From a virus: a stretch of DNA of 64,000 bases. A model generated the notes under the pieces. It was not told the DNA's origin, searched no databases, and saw only the letters and a list, made by a program, of their open reading frames with translations. The translations under genes and the position numbers were made by a program. The stretch covers positions 85,261 to 149,260 of the IMG/VR virus record IMGVR_UViG_3300025913_000021. One strand, 5' to 3'. Below, piece after piece: positions 63,222-64,000 of this stretch; position 1 is the first letter of the stretch; each line of letters begins with the position of its first letter.

Positions 63222-63250
63222 GGATCGGTCGTGATCGAGCCCGGACTTAG
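63222..63250 (-). promoter_or_regulatory. sigma-28-type promoter, leaderless
   Basis: CTAAGT-N15-ACCGATCC, then 7 nt, then ATG. Confidence 0.65.
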
Positions 63251-63627
63251 GACGGCGTGACCGCCTGCGACGCGCTCTTGGCCGACTCGACGCCCGCCTC
63301 GTCCACGTAGCTGACCGAGAGGTTGACCTGCTGGCCGGTCGTGAGCCCGCTGACCGTGGCCGTGCTGTTCCTGGTCGAACCCAGCTTGGTCGAGCCGTTG
63401 TAGATGTTGTAGCTGCCGCTGTCCCCGGCCTTGTCGTCCCAGGCCAGGCTGACCGTGGTGGCCGTGTGGCCAGTGACCTTGAGGCCGCTCGGCGGGGTCG
63501 GCGCGTTGAGGTCGGTCACCTCGTTGCCCTCGCCGTACGCGAAGCCGAACGGCAGCGAGTTGACGTTCTGCTTGTGCGGGTCGGGATAACCGCTCGGCAC
63601 CATGAAGGTGCCCTCACCGCCTGCCAT
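63247..63627 (-). CDS. fibronectin type III domain protein
   Basis: APTPPSGLKVTG.TATTVSLAWD...YNIY...ATVSGL...ESAKS. Confidence 0.85.
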   Translation of the reverse strand: MAGGEGTFMVPSGYPDPHKQNVNSLPFGFAYGEGNEVTDLNAPTPPSGLKVTGHTATTVSLAWDDKAGDSGSYNIYNGSTKLGSTRNSTATVSGLTTGQQVNLSVSYVDEAGVESAKSASQAVTPS

Positions 63628-64000
63628 CAGCTACCTGCCTTCATCGCGGTGGCCCGCGCCTTGACCGGGTTCATGTTGTGCGCGACCTGGAGGTGGTTGA
63701 TGAGGCCCTGCTGTGTGGAGAAGGTCCGCTTGTCCACGGCGCACTCGTAGACCGTCTTGTTCGGTCCCGGTGCGGCAGCGGCCGTCTGGACCGTCTTGCC
63801 GAACGTTCCCGTGGGGAACGGGCCGACGCCTTCGCCCGCGCCGGACATGAGGTCCGAGACGACCTTGAGCGCGGTCGCCGCCTGGTCCTTGTCCTCGTCG
63901 TCGCACGTGGCCAGGTACATCGCCAGTGCCTGCCAGGCCGACATGAGCAACTGCTGCTGCCCCGGGGTGTCGTCCTGGTCGGCAGCGTCGGCCACCAACG
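63627..64000 (-). CDS. 3' part of a protein with a C2H2-like zinc finger (truncated by window edge)
   Basis: YECAVDKRTFSTQQGLINHLQVAH. Confidence 0.55.
   Translation of the reverse strand, partial: LVADAADQDDTPGQQQLLMSAWQALAMYLATCDDEDKDQAATALKVVSDLMSGAGEGVGPFPTGTFGKTVQTAAAAPGPNKTVYECAVDKRTFSTQQGLINHLQVAHNMNPVKARATAMKAGS

Noticed and set aside
1-64000. Genome-wide stop codon reassignment (amber recoding)
   Set aside because: Conserved genes are intact in code 11, and TAG ends genes at expected C-termini, often followed by an SD or promoter.

Overview
This 64 kb window is part of a large, high-GC tailed phage genome, most likely a siphovirus infecting an actinomycete. Positions 1-5.8 kb are mostly + strand small genes, including a metallophosphoesterase and a WhiG/FliA-type (sigma-28) sigma factor. 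A strong hairpin at 5771-5803 separates this arm from ~58 kb of - strand genes. Read from right to left, those encode: head genes (protease, scaffold, decoration, major capsid); a glycosyltransferase/methyltransferase and fibre cluster; head-tail connectors; tail tube; frameshifted tail chaperones; a 2427-aa tape measure protein; tail tip and fibres; holin; a recombination/replication block (PD-(D/E)XK nuclease, LexA DNA-binding domain, Sak4-like ATPase, SSB, primase-helicase, class II RNR, dCTP deaminase); an Acb2/Tad1-like protein; a LysM endolysin; an HNH nuclease; two tRNAs; and a candidate structured ncRNA. The main finding is a family of sigma-28-type promoters (NTNA-type -35, exactly 15 nt spacer, NCCGA-type -10) in front of virion and lysis genes, several of them apparently leaderless. 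They co-occur with a phage WhiG homologue that has lost the residues used in c-di-GMP/RsiG control, which suggests a self-contained late-transcription system built from a host developmental sigma factor. No integrase, CRISPR array, reverse transcriptase, terminase or portal was seen. All family calls come from motif recognition by eye; no database search was run.
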